From positions 292,888,001 to 292,952,000 of the forward strand of contig OZ024743.1 of NCBI GenBank assembly GCA_964016885.1: a DNA stretch of 64,000 nucleotides, read 5' to 3'. Numbering within the stretch: position 1 is the first letter of the stretch; every line of letters begins with the position of its first letter. The position numbers and the translations under genes are program-made. The notes below the pieces were generated by a model. The model was not told the origin of the DNA. It did not search any database and saw nothing but the letters and a program-made list of their open reading frames with translations. The stretch comes from Eledone cirrhosa. Lineage: Eukaryota. Below are positions 12,710 through 25,475 of this stretch, in pieces.

Positions 12710-14442
12710 GTGGGCGGCAAAGCCAAAGGAGAGTGTAGAGACCTCCCTTTCTGCTTCCCGGGGTTCGGGTCGCACGACTTCCATAGGGTCGGAGGTGTTG
12801 GGTGAAGGGGTATCTTGTGGTGGTGTGGGGTCGTCAGTGTGTGGTGGGGTTGGGGTGTTTGAAGTTGTGTTGGGGAGGGTAAGGGGAGGGGGAAGATTTT
12901 TAGGAGGACGCGGTTTATGGGTTTGACAGAGGGTGGTCCTACGTCCTCCTTAAAATCCTTTTTTAGTTTTTGGTAGAGGTTCATTGGGACCTTTATTAAT
13001 TTTAATTGAGGGTTGTTTTCTGAAAAAACAAAGTTTACCCCTTCGGTTTGTACCGAAGGGTTATTGTTTATGAGTTCATTTAATTTATTATTGTTTCTGT
13101 TGATGTATGTATAGTGTAATGTCTTTTTTTCGGATGGTGTGAGTGTTTCGAAGAGGGGAGGGGCAGGTTTGGTTTTGTTTGTTGCTGGAGGCGTGATTTG
13201 TATTTTGTTGGATTGTGTTGATATTTGGGTAGGGGCTGTTTGGCCTTGTGTGTTTTGTACATGTTTTCTTTTTTTCCTTTTAATCTGCCTGAAGGACCCC
13301 GTTTCTTCCTCTGAATTCGTTGGGTCGTCTTCAGTGTTGGAGGGAAGAAGTATGTTTGTTGGTAGTGTTTCCGTGTTAGTTTTCTTTGTGGGGGAGATGG
13401 ATGTCACTATGTTAGACTGTGTTGTTTGTTGTGGCTGCGGTGGTTGTGTTGTTTTATTGAGTGAGGGGTTGGGTGGGACTGTGTTTTGTTTTGGGGTAAT
13501 GTGTTGTGTCTGTTTGTGCTGTGGTGGTGGTGTAGTTTTATTGAGAGACGAGTTGGGTGGGACTGAGTTTTGTTGTTTGTTTATCTGTTGTGGTGGTGGT
13601 GGAGCTGGTGGTGGTAGCAGGGTTTTCTTCTTGTTGATTTGGGGACAAGCCGCCTTCAGGTGCCCTCTGCCTGCACATATATGACAGGACGGCCTTCTCC
13701 CCTCCACGCTAATGTTTATATACCCGTGGCCCTCTAATAGGATTCTGTCGGGTATTTGGGCAATGCGTTCAGGCTTCATTTGCACTACAAGTTCTATACC
13801 TGTTCCACTGAACGCATAGCCTGTGGTTTTCCCAATGGAAATCACGTTGTCATTCGCTGGATCGATGAAGCCAGCTATGAGCCAGCAGTAGTCCATATCT
13901 GGCATCATCGCATCCAGCCATATGCGCTGAGTTCTTTTACCCATATAAGATGTGTAAAAGGTACAATTTGTCGAACGAATCGGCGACAAAGCATATTTTT
14001 TCGCCGCCGATTCGTTCTTCATAATAATGGCCAGGCTTCCATACAGCCTGTCTCTTCTTATGAAAGTGGCTTCATTAAATATTTCCCTGAGTACCGCTTT
14101 AATTTCTACTTGTGTTGGTTGTTGCGGCTTTTTTGAGATGTTGTTGATGGTGCGGAAAACGACCGTCCGACTTTCAATATCTTTGGTGAGTTCTTGGGGC
14201 ATTTTTACCGACAAGGCTCCATTTTCCCCTTGAGTTATGAATTGTTTGGCGTTTTTTATTCTTTGTGCCACATCTGAAATATTTTCAGGTATGTACGTTA
14301 AAGATTTTTTTGTTGTTTGTGCAAATGTGATGTTATTAGTGTTGACTTTGTCGTCTGTTTTGCTTTCTGTTATGATGTTGTTGTTTTCAAATGTTATTTT
14401 TTGTGTTTGTTGTTTCTTTGTTTGTGGTATTAATATTGTCAT
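12697..14442 (-). CDS. ORF1 gag-like nucleic-acid-binding protein of Tx1 copy 2 (581 aa open frame; termini probably affected by frameshifts)
   Basis: CHICAGRGHLKAAC zinc knuckle, P/T/Q-rich linker, basic KRKKRK stretch; homologous to ORF1 of copies 1 and 4. Confidence 0.85.
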   Translation of the reverse strand: MTILIPQTKKQQTQKITFENNNIITESKTDDKVNTNNITFAQTTKKSLTYIPENISDVAQRIKNAKQFITQGENGALSVKMPQELTKDIESRTVVFRTINNISKKPQQPTQVEIKAVLREIFNEATFIRRDRLYGSLAIIMKNESAAKKYALSPIRSTNCTFYTSYMGKRTQRIWLDAMMPDMDYCWLIAGFIDPANDNVISIGKTTGYAFSGTGIELVVQMKPERIAQIPDRILLEGHGYINISVEGRRPSCHICAGRGHLKAACPQINKKKTLLPPPAPPPPQQINKQQNSVPPNSSLNKTTPPPQHKQTQHITPKQNTVPPNPSLNKTTQPPQPQQTTQSNIVTSISPTKKTNTETLPTNILLPSNTEDDPTNSEEETGSFRQIKRKKRKHVQNTQGQTAPTQISTQSNKIQITPPATNKTKPAPPLFETLTPSEKKTLHYTYINRNNNKLNELINNNPSVQTEGVNFVFSENNPQLKLIKVPMNLYQKLKKDFKEDVGPPSVKPINRVLLKIFPLPLPSPTQLQTPQPHHTLTTPHHHKIPLHPTPPTLWKSCDPNPGKQKGRSLHSPLALPPTWMC

Positions 14443-14893
14443 GCAATTCTTTCAAATTTTTTTTGTTGTTGGAATCAATCTCCAGATTTGTGTTTTCGTC
14501 GACATTTTTCTCCGCACATTCGTCTGTTTTTATTTTATTTTTCCTTTCCTTCTCTATGACGTTAGTTGGGAAGGAAGGGGGACTAAAGCGTGCGAGCTTA
14601 CAACTCTTACCGCTGTCCCCCCACCACTATTTTCGTTAGCTTCATTTAACATTTCTCCCAGACGATTGAAATTTTATGCAACAAAACTTTTTAAAAACAG
14701 GTTTTTCACCCCTGGGAGGGGCGAAAATGAGCTGACCCACCGCCTGATAGTTCAGACGGGGGGTCAAGCTACACAGTAGTATCAAAATTAAAATTAAACT
14801 TACAAAATTTCCGCAATAAATTGGAACAAAACTTCTGCGCGAAGTGAATTACGTCTACGCTATCGAACAGACGACAGCTAGATTTTTAATAAA

Positions 14894-14946
14894 TAGATAG
14901 ATAGATAGATAGATAGATAAATAGATAGAAAATGGATAGATGGATG

Positions 14947-15011
<65 letters not shown>
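14894..15011. repeat. (GATA)n microsatellite between Tx1 copies 2 and 3
   Basis: Long near-perfect GATA run. Confidence 0.95.
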
Positions 15012-15013
<2 letters not shown>

Positions 15014-15334
15014 TTCTTTATTAGCCACAAGGGCGCACAAGAAAAGGGGACAAAACAAAGACATGCCGGAGATTTTACATACAATCGTGAAAAAAAATAT
15101 AAAACAAACATTTATAACATTCGAAATCCCCAATAGGGAGGAGGCGCCACAAATGGGTTGTTTAATACCCCGTCGATAGAACAACCCTCAACTTCAGGAG
15201 CGTGTTGTGCAAGTGCTCCTTTCTTCCTTTTGCTCTCTTCTTCAACCTACAGGTTTATATACAGAGAAGGCCCAATTCACTCGGGCCATTTTTGCCACAT
15301 TCACCCACCTTTCAGTAAATTTACTGGGGTTCAG
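15012..15334 (-). mobile_element. 5'-truncated Tx1 copy 3 (3' UTR plus end of ORF2, ~320 bp)
   Basis: Starts atttctttattagccacaagg and is homologous to the 3' ends of copies 2, 4 and 5; followed by GATA 15337-15352. Confidence 0.88.
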
Positions 15335-15589
15335 TGGATAGATAGATAGATATGTTTCTTTATTAGCCACAGGGGCACAAAAGAAGAGGACAAATACAAA
15401 GGGGGTAGTTTACATACAATAAAAAACGTGTAAAATGTTATCACAAATGCAATTTAAAAAGTTAGTCGATTTTCCCCAACAGGGGGAGATAGTTTATATG
15501 GGTAACACATACCCCCGAAAAAATGTGCAACGCTCATCTCCAGGAGTACGAAGAGTTTGTACTCCTTTCCTCTCCTCCTCCTTTTCCTC

Positions 15590-18500
15590 AACCTACAGGC
15601 TGATATAGAGAGAAGGCCCATTCACTCGGGCCATTCTCACCACTTTCATAAAACTTGCTGGGGTACAGCACCTCTCTCTCCATCCTGATTCTTCTTCCAA
15701 AGTGGTATTTGAAAAAAAGAATCAGTTGTTGGCCGGAGAGAAAGGTGTCTGACCTCAGCCCTTTGAACCTTGTCCACCATACAACCTCTTTCGCCATAGC
15801 TATCACACAAAGGGAAACCGCCTCTCCTTCGTTTTTGAAGGAGGGTGGCGGTTTGATCATGACAATCGACTCGGTGGTCAACTGGATTGGTCCCACCCGC
15901 GACAATAGTCGTTCTACATAGCCCCACAGGTCAGTGACGTCCGGGTACTGTATGAATGCGTGCGCGACGGTTTCTTCGTCTCGCACGCACCTCGGACAGA
16001 TCTTTTTTGCAGGGTCCCATGTCTGTAGAGCTTGTCTCGAACTGGTAGAGCTCCTCGGTAGCACTGCCAGGCCAGGAACGTTTGGTAGTTGTCCATCGGT
16101 CCCGGGCGGAAGGTCCTACCGAACAGACTGGCCAGTTCATCTTCCTCTACGCCTAGAGTTTCACCGAGCGCATCGTCGCACTTGCTGCGGATCAACCCTC
16201 TATAGAATGACGAAGTGGAGTCTCCACTGATCGCCGGGTCCGCCTGCCAGTGGGCTGTGAGCGCCTGAGCACCTTCGATATGTCAGTCGCCCATTTTCCT
16301 CGGTCTTTGCTTGACCCAGGACTGCAGCTCGGTCAGCGAGACGAGTAGTGGGAAGGCTCGTCTCACGAACGGGGCCCACACCGGTTGTTCGGTGAGGAGT
16401 ATGTAGAGATGCCGCAGCCTGAGCGCGTGTTTGCGCATCGTCAACCACGGCATCCCCAGCCCTCCGTTAAAAGGGTGTTGGCAGCAGATGGATCTTCTCA
16501 CCAAATGAACCCGCCTCTTCCAAAGGAATCGGAAGAGCGCGCGCTCCATTTTGGCGAGCGTTTTGGCTGGACAAGACACGACGGTCAAGCGGTAGTAGAT
16601 GGCGGACGCTATAAAAGTGTTCGCCACCTCCGCTCGACCTTTCAAGGATAGTTTGCACTCGGCCCACTTCTGGGTGAGTGCAAACACCTTGGCCGTCACT
16701 TCGTTCCAGTTCTTCTCCACCTGGAGGTCCGGACCAAACCAGACTCCGAGCAGCTTTACCGGTCCTTCCGTCCAACATCCGACGACGCCTTCGGAAGGCA
16801 TCGGTTTGCCTCTCCACGATCCGAGTTGCAAACCGATGGACTTGTCCCGGTTCAGCTTCGCTCCTGTGAAATTTTCGTATTCCTTCAGTAAGGTGCCGAC
16901 TTCCTTGATTTGCGAGGCGCTCGAGACCATTACTGTCACGTCGACGGCGTAGGCCGACGCCGCTTTTCGCAGTCCCGGTTCCAGATGGATGCCCTGCAAT
17001 AGCTCCAACTTCCGCAGTAGTGGCTCGAGAGTCAGTACGTACAGAAGGGAGGAGAGAGGGCATCTATGTCGAATGGATCGCGTAATATGGAACGGCTCCG
17101 AGAGGTAGCCGTTCACCTTGACCCTTGAGCCAATGTTGCCGTTGTACATTGCAGCAATCCAGCCCTTGAACACGGGTCCGAAGCCTGCCGTCTCGAGCAC
17201 CGCATCCAGGTAACGATGGTCAACCCTATCGAAAGCCTTAGACTGATCCAAGTTGATCAGGGCCCCACCGAAGCCGGGTTTACACCCTACCCTCTCTATG
17301 ATGTATCGCATGAGGTGGAGGTTGTCGTGTATGGACCTGGTCGGGATTGCGCATGTCTGCGCTTCTCCCACCAGGTTCTCGACGACAAGCGCCAGCCTCT
17401 TTGCCAACACCTTGGCCAAAATCTGTAACTCTGTTTAGCAGAGTTATGGGCCGGAAGTTGCCTATGTCATCCCCCTTATTCTCGTCCTTCCTGATTAGTG
17501 TGACCACGCCCCCGGTTACAGAACTGGGAATTCTCCCGTTCTGTTGCCACTTGCAGTAGACCGCTTCCAGGAGACCGGAGAATAAATCCGGCATTGCTAC
17601 GTAAAATTCGTAGGGTAGACCGTCGAGACCTGGAGATTTGCGTTTGCCGCATTGGCTCAGCGCGTCCCTTATCTCAGCGGCTGAAATCGGCTTTTCGCAG
17701 AACTTTGCCTCGCTGTCCGAGAGTCGCGGTAGGCCGTCGAGGTATGGACCGAAATCCATAGCCGCTCCCGGCGCGCCGCCCCTCCCGAACAGTTGAGCAA
17801 AGTGTCGCTGAAAGGCCGCACACATCTGCTTCGGCTCACGTATCACGCGTCCGTTTTGGTCCTTCAAAGACCGAATCGTGAACTTGTTGCCACTTTTTGC
17901 CTCCGTCACTCGGGCCCAGCTAACAGCTTTGGCTCCCTCGTTTCTCAGAGCACGTATTTTGCTTCTGACAACGCAGCCCTCGTGCTTTGCGTCGAAGAAC
18001 TGGTCCAAGGCCGTTCTCGTTGCTAGCACGCTGGCTACGTTGCCACTTCTAATTGCCTCTTCTACTTTATCTACCAGTTCCTTCTCGGTTCTATTTCTAT
18101 CTAACGCTAATTATTTACTAAAACTATCGAGTTTAATCTAACTGCCCTCCTGAGAGAGTACCACCATCTGTTGTTGACAATGGCCCCTGTCAAGTGCTGT
18201 TTAACTAAAGTGCTAATCCGTCTACTGTAGGCTTTGCTTGTCGGTAACGACAAGTTCAGCTTCCAGTAGCCGGGTCCTTGTCTATGGGTTCTATCAAGGT
18301 TGGCCATGCAGGTCACTAGTTTGTGATCTGAATAGGCAACCATGAACATTTGTGGACAGCTTAACATGTCCCTATCCTTATTTCTAACTAGAACCCTATC
18401 TAGGTACGATCTAGATGTTCCGCTACGATTACTCCACGTCCACAGTGGCGCAGTCGGAAAATCTAGTCGATATCTATCGGCCAGGTCAAATCGATCGATT

Positions 18501-19003
18501 AACTGTTTGAGGCTGTTACACCCCCCTTTATCGGGACATGCTCCCACATAGTCCCGAAGTTCATCTAGGATTCCATTCCAATCCCCCACTAAAAGCAAGG
18601 AGCGGGACGTTCCAAGAAAAGTCTCTAGACGTTTGAAGAAGTCTGGCCGCGGTGTCCCGGATGGGGCATATGCGGCCACCAGCCTGAAGGCTCGACCTTC
18701 ACTACCGTCAACGTCTAGGACCACCAGTCGACTATCCGGGTCCAAATGTACCGTCTGTGTTACGAGGCCCAGGTGTTTCCGCAGCAAAACGGCAACTCCG
18801 CCCCCACCCCCCGGTTGACAGAGAGATGCGTAGATCTCAAAGTCATCGAAGATGGGGGCCAGCTGTCGCTCGCTGTGGATCCTGGACTCGCAAATGGCTA
18901 CCTCATCCATATTGTGCGACCTAAGGTCGTTTAAGAGTTTGCCCTGTTTCCAGGGCATCCCCAGGCCGCGTGCGTTCACACATCCAACTCTTATATTGGC
19001 CAT
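15590..19003 (-). pseudogene. ORF2 of Tx1 copy 4 (APE-RT-CCHC), frameshifted, with YADD mutated to YAVD
   Basis: ORFs 18107-19003, 17280-18029, 16283-17419, 15914-16195 and 15588-16064. Confidence 0.92.
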
Positions 19004-19036
19004 GTTGGTGCTGAAAAGTTAAAAGAGGAAAAGAGA

Positions 19037-20962
19037 TCACTCACCCTTCGTCTCCTGGGGACCAGGCTGCACGATTTCCATGATGGTGTTGGAGGGGTTT
19101 TCTGGATGGGTGGTGGTTTCCGGCGGGGTGGGGACGGAGATGTTTGGTGGCGTGGGGTCTGGTGGGATGGGGGTGTCTGGGGTGGGGAGACATTTGAGAA
19201 GGACGCGGTTAAGTGGTTTCACGCAACAATTCCCCACATCCTTCTCAAATGTTTCTTTTAGGGACCTAAATTTTGTATAGAGACCCTAATCAGTTTTAGG
19301 TTCAGTTTTTTGTTATTTTTAATAGAGTGGGCGAAAGTTTTCCCTTCGGTTTTCACCGAAGGGTCGTTCGTGATGGTCACCATTAGTGTTTTGTTTTCAG
19401 TGTTTATGTAAGTGTAAGTGTAATTTTCTTGTGTTGTGTTTGTTTTTGTCTGTAGTTCTTGTGTGTGCTTTCGTTTTGTTGTACGTATTTTGTTTTCAGG
19501 AGGTGGGGATTTTGTTTGTGATGTTTTTGTTGTTTGTGTTGGTGGTTGTATGTTTGTGGTAGTGTTTGCTGGTTTTTTCTTTTGTGATGTCTTTTCTTTC
19601 TTTTCGAGCGATGGGGTTCTCCCTCGTCTTCACTGGGTGATGGCGAGATAGCCTCATCTGTTGTATCGTCTGTTTGATTGGGGAGGGGTATGTCTTGGGG
19701 AGCTGTCTTGTCTGTATGTGATTTTGCAGTGGTTTTAGGTGGAGTGGGGTTGGGTGGGACTGTGTTGGTTGTAATTATTTTTGTGTGTTGATTTTGTTGT
19801 TGTTGTGGTGGTGTTGGTGGTTGTGTTGTTTTGATGGGTGTCGGCAGAAGAGCCTTTTTTTATTCATTAATTTAGGACAGGAAGCCCTCAGGTGACCCCT
19901 GCTAAAGCAATGGTAACATGAAGGCCGCCTACCCTCAACCGAAAAGTTTATGTAGGTGAGTCCGTCCAGGAGTACACGTTGTGGGATCATAGCTGTTCGC
20001 TCTGGGCTCATTTGCACCAGAACTTCAATGCTAGTCCCATTGAATACATCTCTGGGGGACTTTCCTACTGACAGTATTCTGTCTTCATCAAAATTGATGA
20101 AGCCGCACAGTATCAACCATATGTTCACCTTTGGTGTGACACTCGTGATTTTGATCTTTTGTGTTCTTTTTCCCATGTATGTAAGGAAAAAGGTGTACAG
20201 GTTGGATACAATTGGCGACACAGAGTAATTTTGGGCCGTCAATTGATCCTTCATGAGTACCGAAATACTCCCAAAAAGTTTGCTTCTTTGAATGAATGCA
20301 ATATCATTCACTGAATTTTTGAAAACCAGTTCAATTTCTTTCTGTGACAATTGGACTGGTTTTCGGGTAGAATTGGAAACTGTCCTAAAAACTATCGTTT
20401 TGAGAGCAGTTTCCTTGCGAATTTCTACCGGAGAATTGATGCTGAAAGCACCATTTTTTTCGAAAGTGACATATCTCCTAGCGTCCTTTAAAAGTTGTTC
20501 GGCATTTGTTATGTCGAGATATGTCAGTTCCTCCTTTTCCTGAACTGTCTGTGCAAAGGAGATTTTTGGTTTCTTTGTGGAATTATCCGTGTTGGTGGTG
20601 TTGTCATTATTGTTGTTATTGTTGTTGTTATTCTTGTTGTCACCGATGTTGATATTATTCGTATTTTCCTTGGTGTTGGTGTTGGTGTTGTTGTTGTCTT
20701 TGATGCTGGTGTTCTTGGTGTCGTCTTTATTTTTTTCGTTGTTGTTGTTATCATCATTATTGGTGTTGCTGTTATTTTTGTTGTCATTGAACTGTTTGGT
20801 GTCATTTGTGTTGTTTGGATATGAATTTGTTTTTACATTTTCATTTCGTCTTTCCATCTCTATAGTATCTATTGAGAAGGAAAGGGAAGAAGACGATGTT
20901 GACTGCGAGCTTTGTAGTCTTACCGACTCTCCACCACCATTATCGTTGAACGCAGCGTTCAT
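19037..20962 (-). pseudogene. ORF1 of Tx1 copy 4 (gag-like knuckle CYHCFSRGHLRASC), frameshifted
   Basis: ORF 19775-21019 (N-rich N-terminus and conserved core) and C-terminal piece 19037-19237. Confidence 0.85.
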
Positions 20963-21178
20963 AACGTAATCAAACTTATAATATTTTTTTTCAAAATTTC
21001 CATGGAAAAAAATTTTCAAACGAATATTTCGCCACTGTAGGGGCGAAAATGAGTTGACCCACCACCTGAAGGTCCAGACGGGGGGTCATGTTACACAATA
21101 ATATAAAATTTAACTGAAAACTCACGTTTTTTTCTTACATAAATTAACGGAAACTTCTCCGCGAAGTTACACACGTCT

Positions 21179-21237
<59 letters not shown>
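21179..21237. repeat. Perfect (GATA)n microsatellite at 5' junction of Tx1 copy 4
   Basis: About 14 uninterrupted GATA units. Confidence 0.97.
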
Positions 21238-21623
21238 TCATCGAACATCTACAGTTATCGTCCTCAACATTACACCGACAAAGAAAGCATTAGCCTACGA
21301 ATGTTATAAATCTTTTATTTGAATTTGTATTATTAAAAATTTGCGCACACAACAATTTCCAATAAATTTAGAAACGTAAAATTTAAATATTATTTAAATA
21401 TACAGAGTGCAGCAATTTCTATTTATTTCATTTCGTTTATATATTTCATCCATTGATTCAGATTATTTATTTATTTATATATTTATTTATTTATTCAATT
21501 ATTTATTCATTTTAAAGATAGAAATAGAATTGGAGCAGAAAATCAGAAAAGTTCACAAAAGTCAGACATGAAACATATGAAAGATTCGCAGCAGACATCT
21601 TCGTATATATTCAAATGTATGGG

Positions 21624-22379
<756 letters not shown>

Positions 22380-22777
22380 CTCACACACAGACACACATGC
22401 ACAAACACACACCTATATATTTTTCATGCATAGAACAAATATCTACTAACTAAATATTTCAGTGTATGTGTACATACGTATTTATATGTCATTAATGGAC
22501 GATTTAACGTTTATGGCCGTGCATGAGATTGGTTAGACAGAGACAAATTGGTGGGAAGTGGAGACAAATGGAAAGGAGGTGAAATATTATATATATGTCT
22601 GTGTGGAGTGTATATATATATATATGAAATCTTATATAATTGGCTGTGTATATATACATACATGAAAAGAGAAAGTGTAGGTGCATAGACAGATAAATAG
22701 ATAGATACATAACACACATACATCTATACATAGCTCTATATTGATACATATAAATAGATATATACAAAGATAGATAA

Positions 22778-23960
22778 ATTTCAAGGGCACAAAGGAAGAG
22801 GACAAATACAAATGGGGAGTTTACATACAGGTATATGAAAATAAAACTATTAATAAAATAACAAATAACAATTGAAATCCCCAATAGGGGGAGCCGTTAC
22901 ACAGGGGTTGTACACACCCCGAAAAAAGGTACAACCCTCATCTCCAGGAGCACCAAGAGTGAGTACTCCCTTCCTCTCTTCTTCTTTTTCTTCAACCTAC
23001 AGGCTTATATAGAGAGAAGGCCAAACCACTAGGGCCATCTTTGCCACATTCACCCACCTTTTATAAAATTTGCTGGGGTACAGCACCTCTCTCTCCATCC
23101 TGATTCTTCTTCCAAAATGATATTTGAAAAAACGAATCAGTTGTTCGCCGGAGAGATATAACCTCATTCAACATAGCCATAACACATGGAAAAACCGCCT
23201 CTCCTTCGTTTTTGAAGGAGGGTGGCGGTTTCATAATGAAAATGGACTGGGTGGTCAACTGGATTGGTCCCACCCGCGACAATAGTCGTTCTACATAGGC
23301 CCACAGGTCGGTAACGCCCGGGCAGTGTACAAATGCGTGCGCGACGGTTTCCTCGTCGCGCACTTATATTGGACAGATCTTTTTCGAAGGGTCCTTACCC
23401 TGGCGCCCGTGTCTGTAGAGCTTGTCTCGAACTGGTAGAGCTCCTCAGTAGCACTGCCAGGCCAGGGACTTTTGGTAGTTGTCCATTGGTCCCGGGCGGA
23501 AGGTCCTACTGAACAGACTGGCCAGTTCGTCCTCCTCTACGCCTAGAGTTTCTCCGAGCGCGTCGTCGCACTTGCTGCGGACCAACCCTCTATAGAATGT
23601 CGAAGTGGAGTCTACACTGATCACCGGGTCCGTTTGCCAGAGGTCTGTGAGCGTCAGCGCACATTCGATGTACCAGTCGCCCATTTTCCTCGGTCTTTGC
23701 TTGACCCAGGACTGCAGCTCGGTCAGCGAGACGAATCGTGGGAAGGCTCGCTTCACGAACGGGGCCCACACCGGTTGTCCGGTGAGGAATACGTGGAGGT
23801 GCCGCAGCCTGAGCACGTGTTTGCGCATCATTAGCCACGGCGCCCCAGCCCTATGTTTGAAGAGTGTTGGCAGTAGATGGATCTTCTCACCAAAGGAGCC
23901 CGTTTCTTCCAAAGGAATTGGAAGAGCTCGCGTTCCATTTTAGTGAGCGTTTTCGCTGGA
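22778..23960 (-). mobile_element. 5'-truncated Tx1 copy 5 (~1.2 kb; C-terminal ORF2 and 3' UTR)
   Basis: ORFs 23445-23912 and 23061-23363 are homologous to the ORF2 C-terminus; 3' end lies next to degenerate GATA (22686-22777). Confidence 0.9.
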
Positions 23961-24024
23961 TTTATGATTGTACATTATTAAATACCTGATATCAACTCAG
24001 TTTAGTTTGAAAGAACATAGTACT

Positions 24025-24055
<31 letters not shown>

Positions 24056-24058
<3 letters not shown>

Positions 24059-24210
24059 GTACTCAATACTTAGGGTAGTAGAGTGGGTAATAGGAAAAAG
24101 TTTAACCCCGACGGCAGAGCTCAAACCGTTTAGACGGCTATTTCTGGACAGTCCAGAAATAACCGTCGAAACGGCTTGAGCTCTGTCGTCGGTGTTAAAC
24201 ATTTTCCTAT
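24056..24210. repeat. Fold-back repeat of a PLE pseudo-LTR-like fragment; family also at 26510-26556 and 63290-63428
   Basis: Inverted arms ccccgacggcagagctcaaaccgttt / aaacggcttgagctctgtcgtcgg with TA repeats nearby. Confidence 0.75.
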
Positions 24211-24318
24211 ATGTATATATATATATATATATAAATACATAATCGGAGAAAGCTAAAAGCGATACTCCGGCCAAATTCCAGCTCACTCAACAAACATTAG
24301 GAATGCCTGAGTAAATTC

Positions 24319-24362
<44 letters not shown>

Positions 24363-24363
<1 letters not shown>

Positions 24364-25225
24364 GAGGTGTGTCAGAAAAGTTCCAGGACTGATGTCACAA
24401 AATATTTATTTCAAACCCAAACTTCACACTAAGAGTTCTCTCCTTCAAAGTAATCCCCCTGGAGTATGTAACTGTAATCTTAGCTCTCTGTAGCGATCAA
24501 GCTTTTTTCTTCATAATTTGATATACATGTCCTCTGTTTCAGGTCGTCAAGCAATGAGCACAGAGCAACGAACAAACTTGAAGTTTCTGGTACGGTTGGG
24601 GAAAACTCCGTCAGAAGCACTGGTATTGCTGCAGCAAGTGTATGGAGATGAGATAATGTCACGCTCACGTGTTTATGAGTGGTGCAAGATGACCCCAGGA
24701 GCGTAAGGCCCTCAACAACCAGAACTGAGATGAAACATTGAGCGCGTCAGTCAGATAGTGCGTAGCGATCGTTGGCTGACTGTTCAACTGATGGCAAATG
24801 AGCTGGGCATCAATCGTGACAGCGTCTGGAAGATTCTCACTGAAGATTTGGACATGCGGAAAGTTTGCGCGAAGATGCTGCGAAAACTTCTGTACGATGA
24901 CCAGAAGTGTCGACGCATGCAAGTGTGCCAGGACATCCTCGAGCGTCTTGAAACCGAACCAGACTTGCTAGGGACAGTCATCATCGGCGATGGATCTTCG
25001 AGTACGACCCAGAGGCGACTCGTTTTGAAGACGTGGACGACATCAAAACGGCCGTGAAAACGGAACTGCGGAGGATCCCGGAAGAATTCTTTCAGAAGAG
25101 CATGCAAGCGTGGCAGAAGAGGATGAAAAAGTGTATTAGACTCCATGGGGATTACTTTGAAGGAGAAAACTCTTAGTGTGAAGGTTGGGTTTGAAATAAA
25201 TCCTGGAACTTTTCTGACACACCTC

Positions 25226-25226
<1 letters not shown>
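24363..25226 (+). mobile_element. Internally deleted mariner (Tc1/mariner) DNA transposon
   Basis: 26-bp TIRs CGAGGTGTGTCAGAAAAGTTCCAGGA with TA flanks. Transposase fragments EQRTNLKFLVRLGKTPSEA, DRWLTVQLMANELGI, RKVCAK, IIGD and the C-terminal KCIRLHGDYFEG are present; the catalytic core is deleted. Confidence 0.93.
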
Positions 25227-25261
<35 letters not shown>

Positions 25262-25475
25262 AGTAACAAGTTATCGTTATAGGTAATCCAGTTATAGGTT
25301 GTGAATACTCTGCGTCGTGGATAATGTAATGGAGATCGAGTGACACAACTTCGAGCGATTAGCGACCTCCAGACTCACTTGATCAATGAAACAATTGTCA
25401 ATACCTAAAATAAAGCCCCTTGTTGTACAGCCAACCATGTTACTCTTCATTATTTCACTATATATGTATATATAT

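Larger units (their letters stand above)
9072..14880 (-). mobile_element. Near full-length Tx1/L1-clade LINE copy 2 (~5.8 kb)
   Basis: 5' UTR, ORF1, ORF2 (APE-RT-CCHC) and a 3' UTR ending AATAAAGAAAT followed by (ATCT)n; GATA arrays on both sides. Confidence 0.95.
15355..21178 (-). mobile_element. Near full-length Tx1/L1-clade LINE copy 4 (~5.8 kb)
   Basis: Same architecture as copy 2; 5' end joins a perfect (GATA)n run at 21179. Confidence 0.95.

Noticed and set aside
19004-19045. GGTGAGT donor-like and TTTTCAG acceptor-like motifs between ORF1 and ORF2 of Tx1 copy 4
   Set aside because: The implied intron is only ~30-35 nt, and the motifs are not conserved in copies 1 and 2.
1-21178. Tx1 cluster as a segmental tandem duplication or assembly artefact
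   Set aside because: The copies differ extensively in ORF1, ORF2 and UTRs, and each has private frameshifts.
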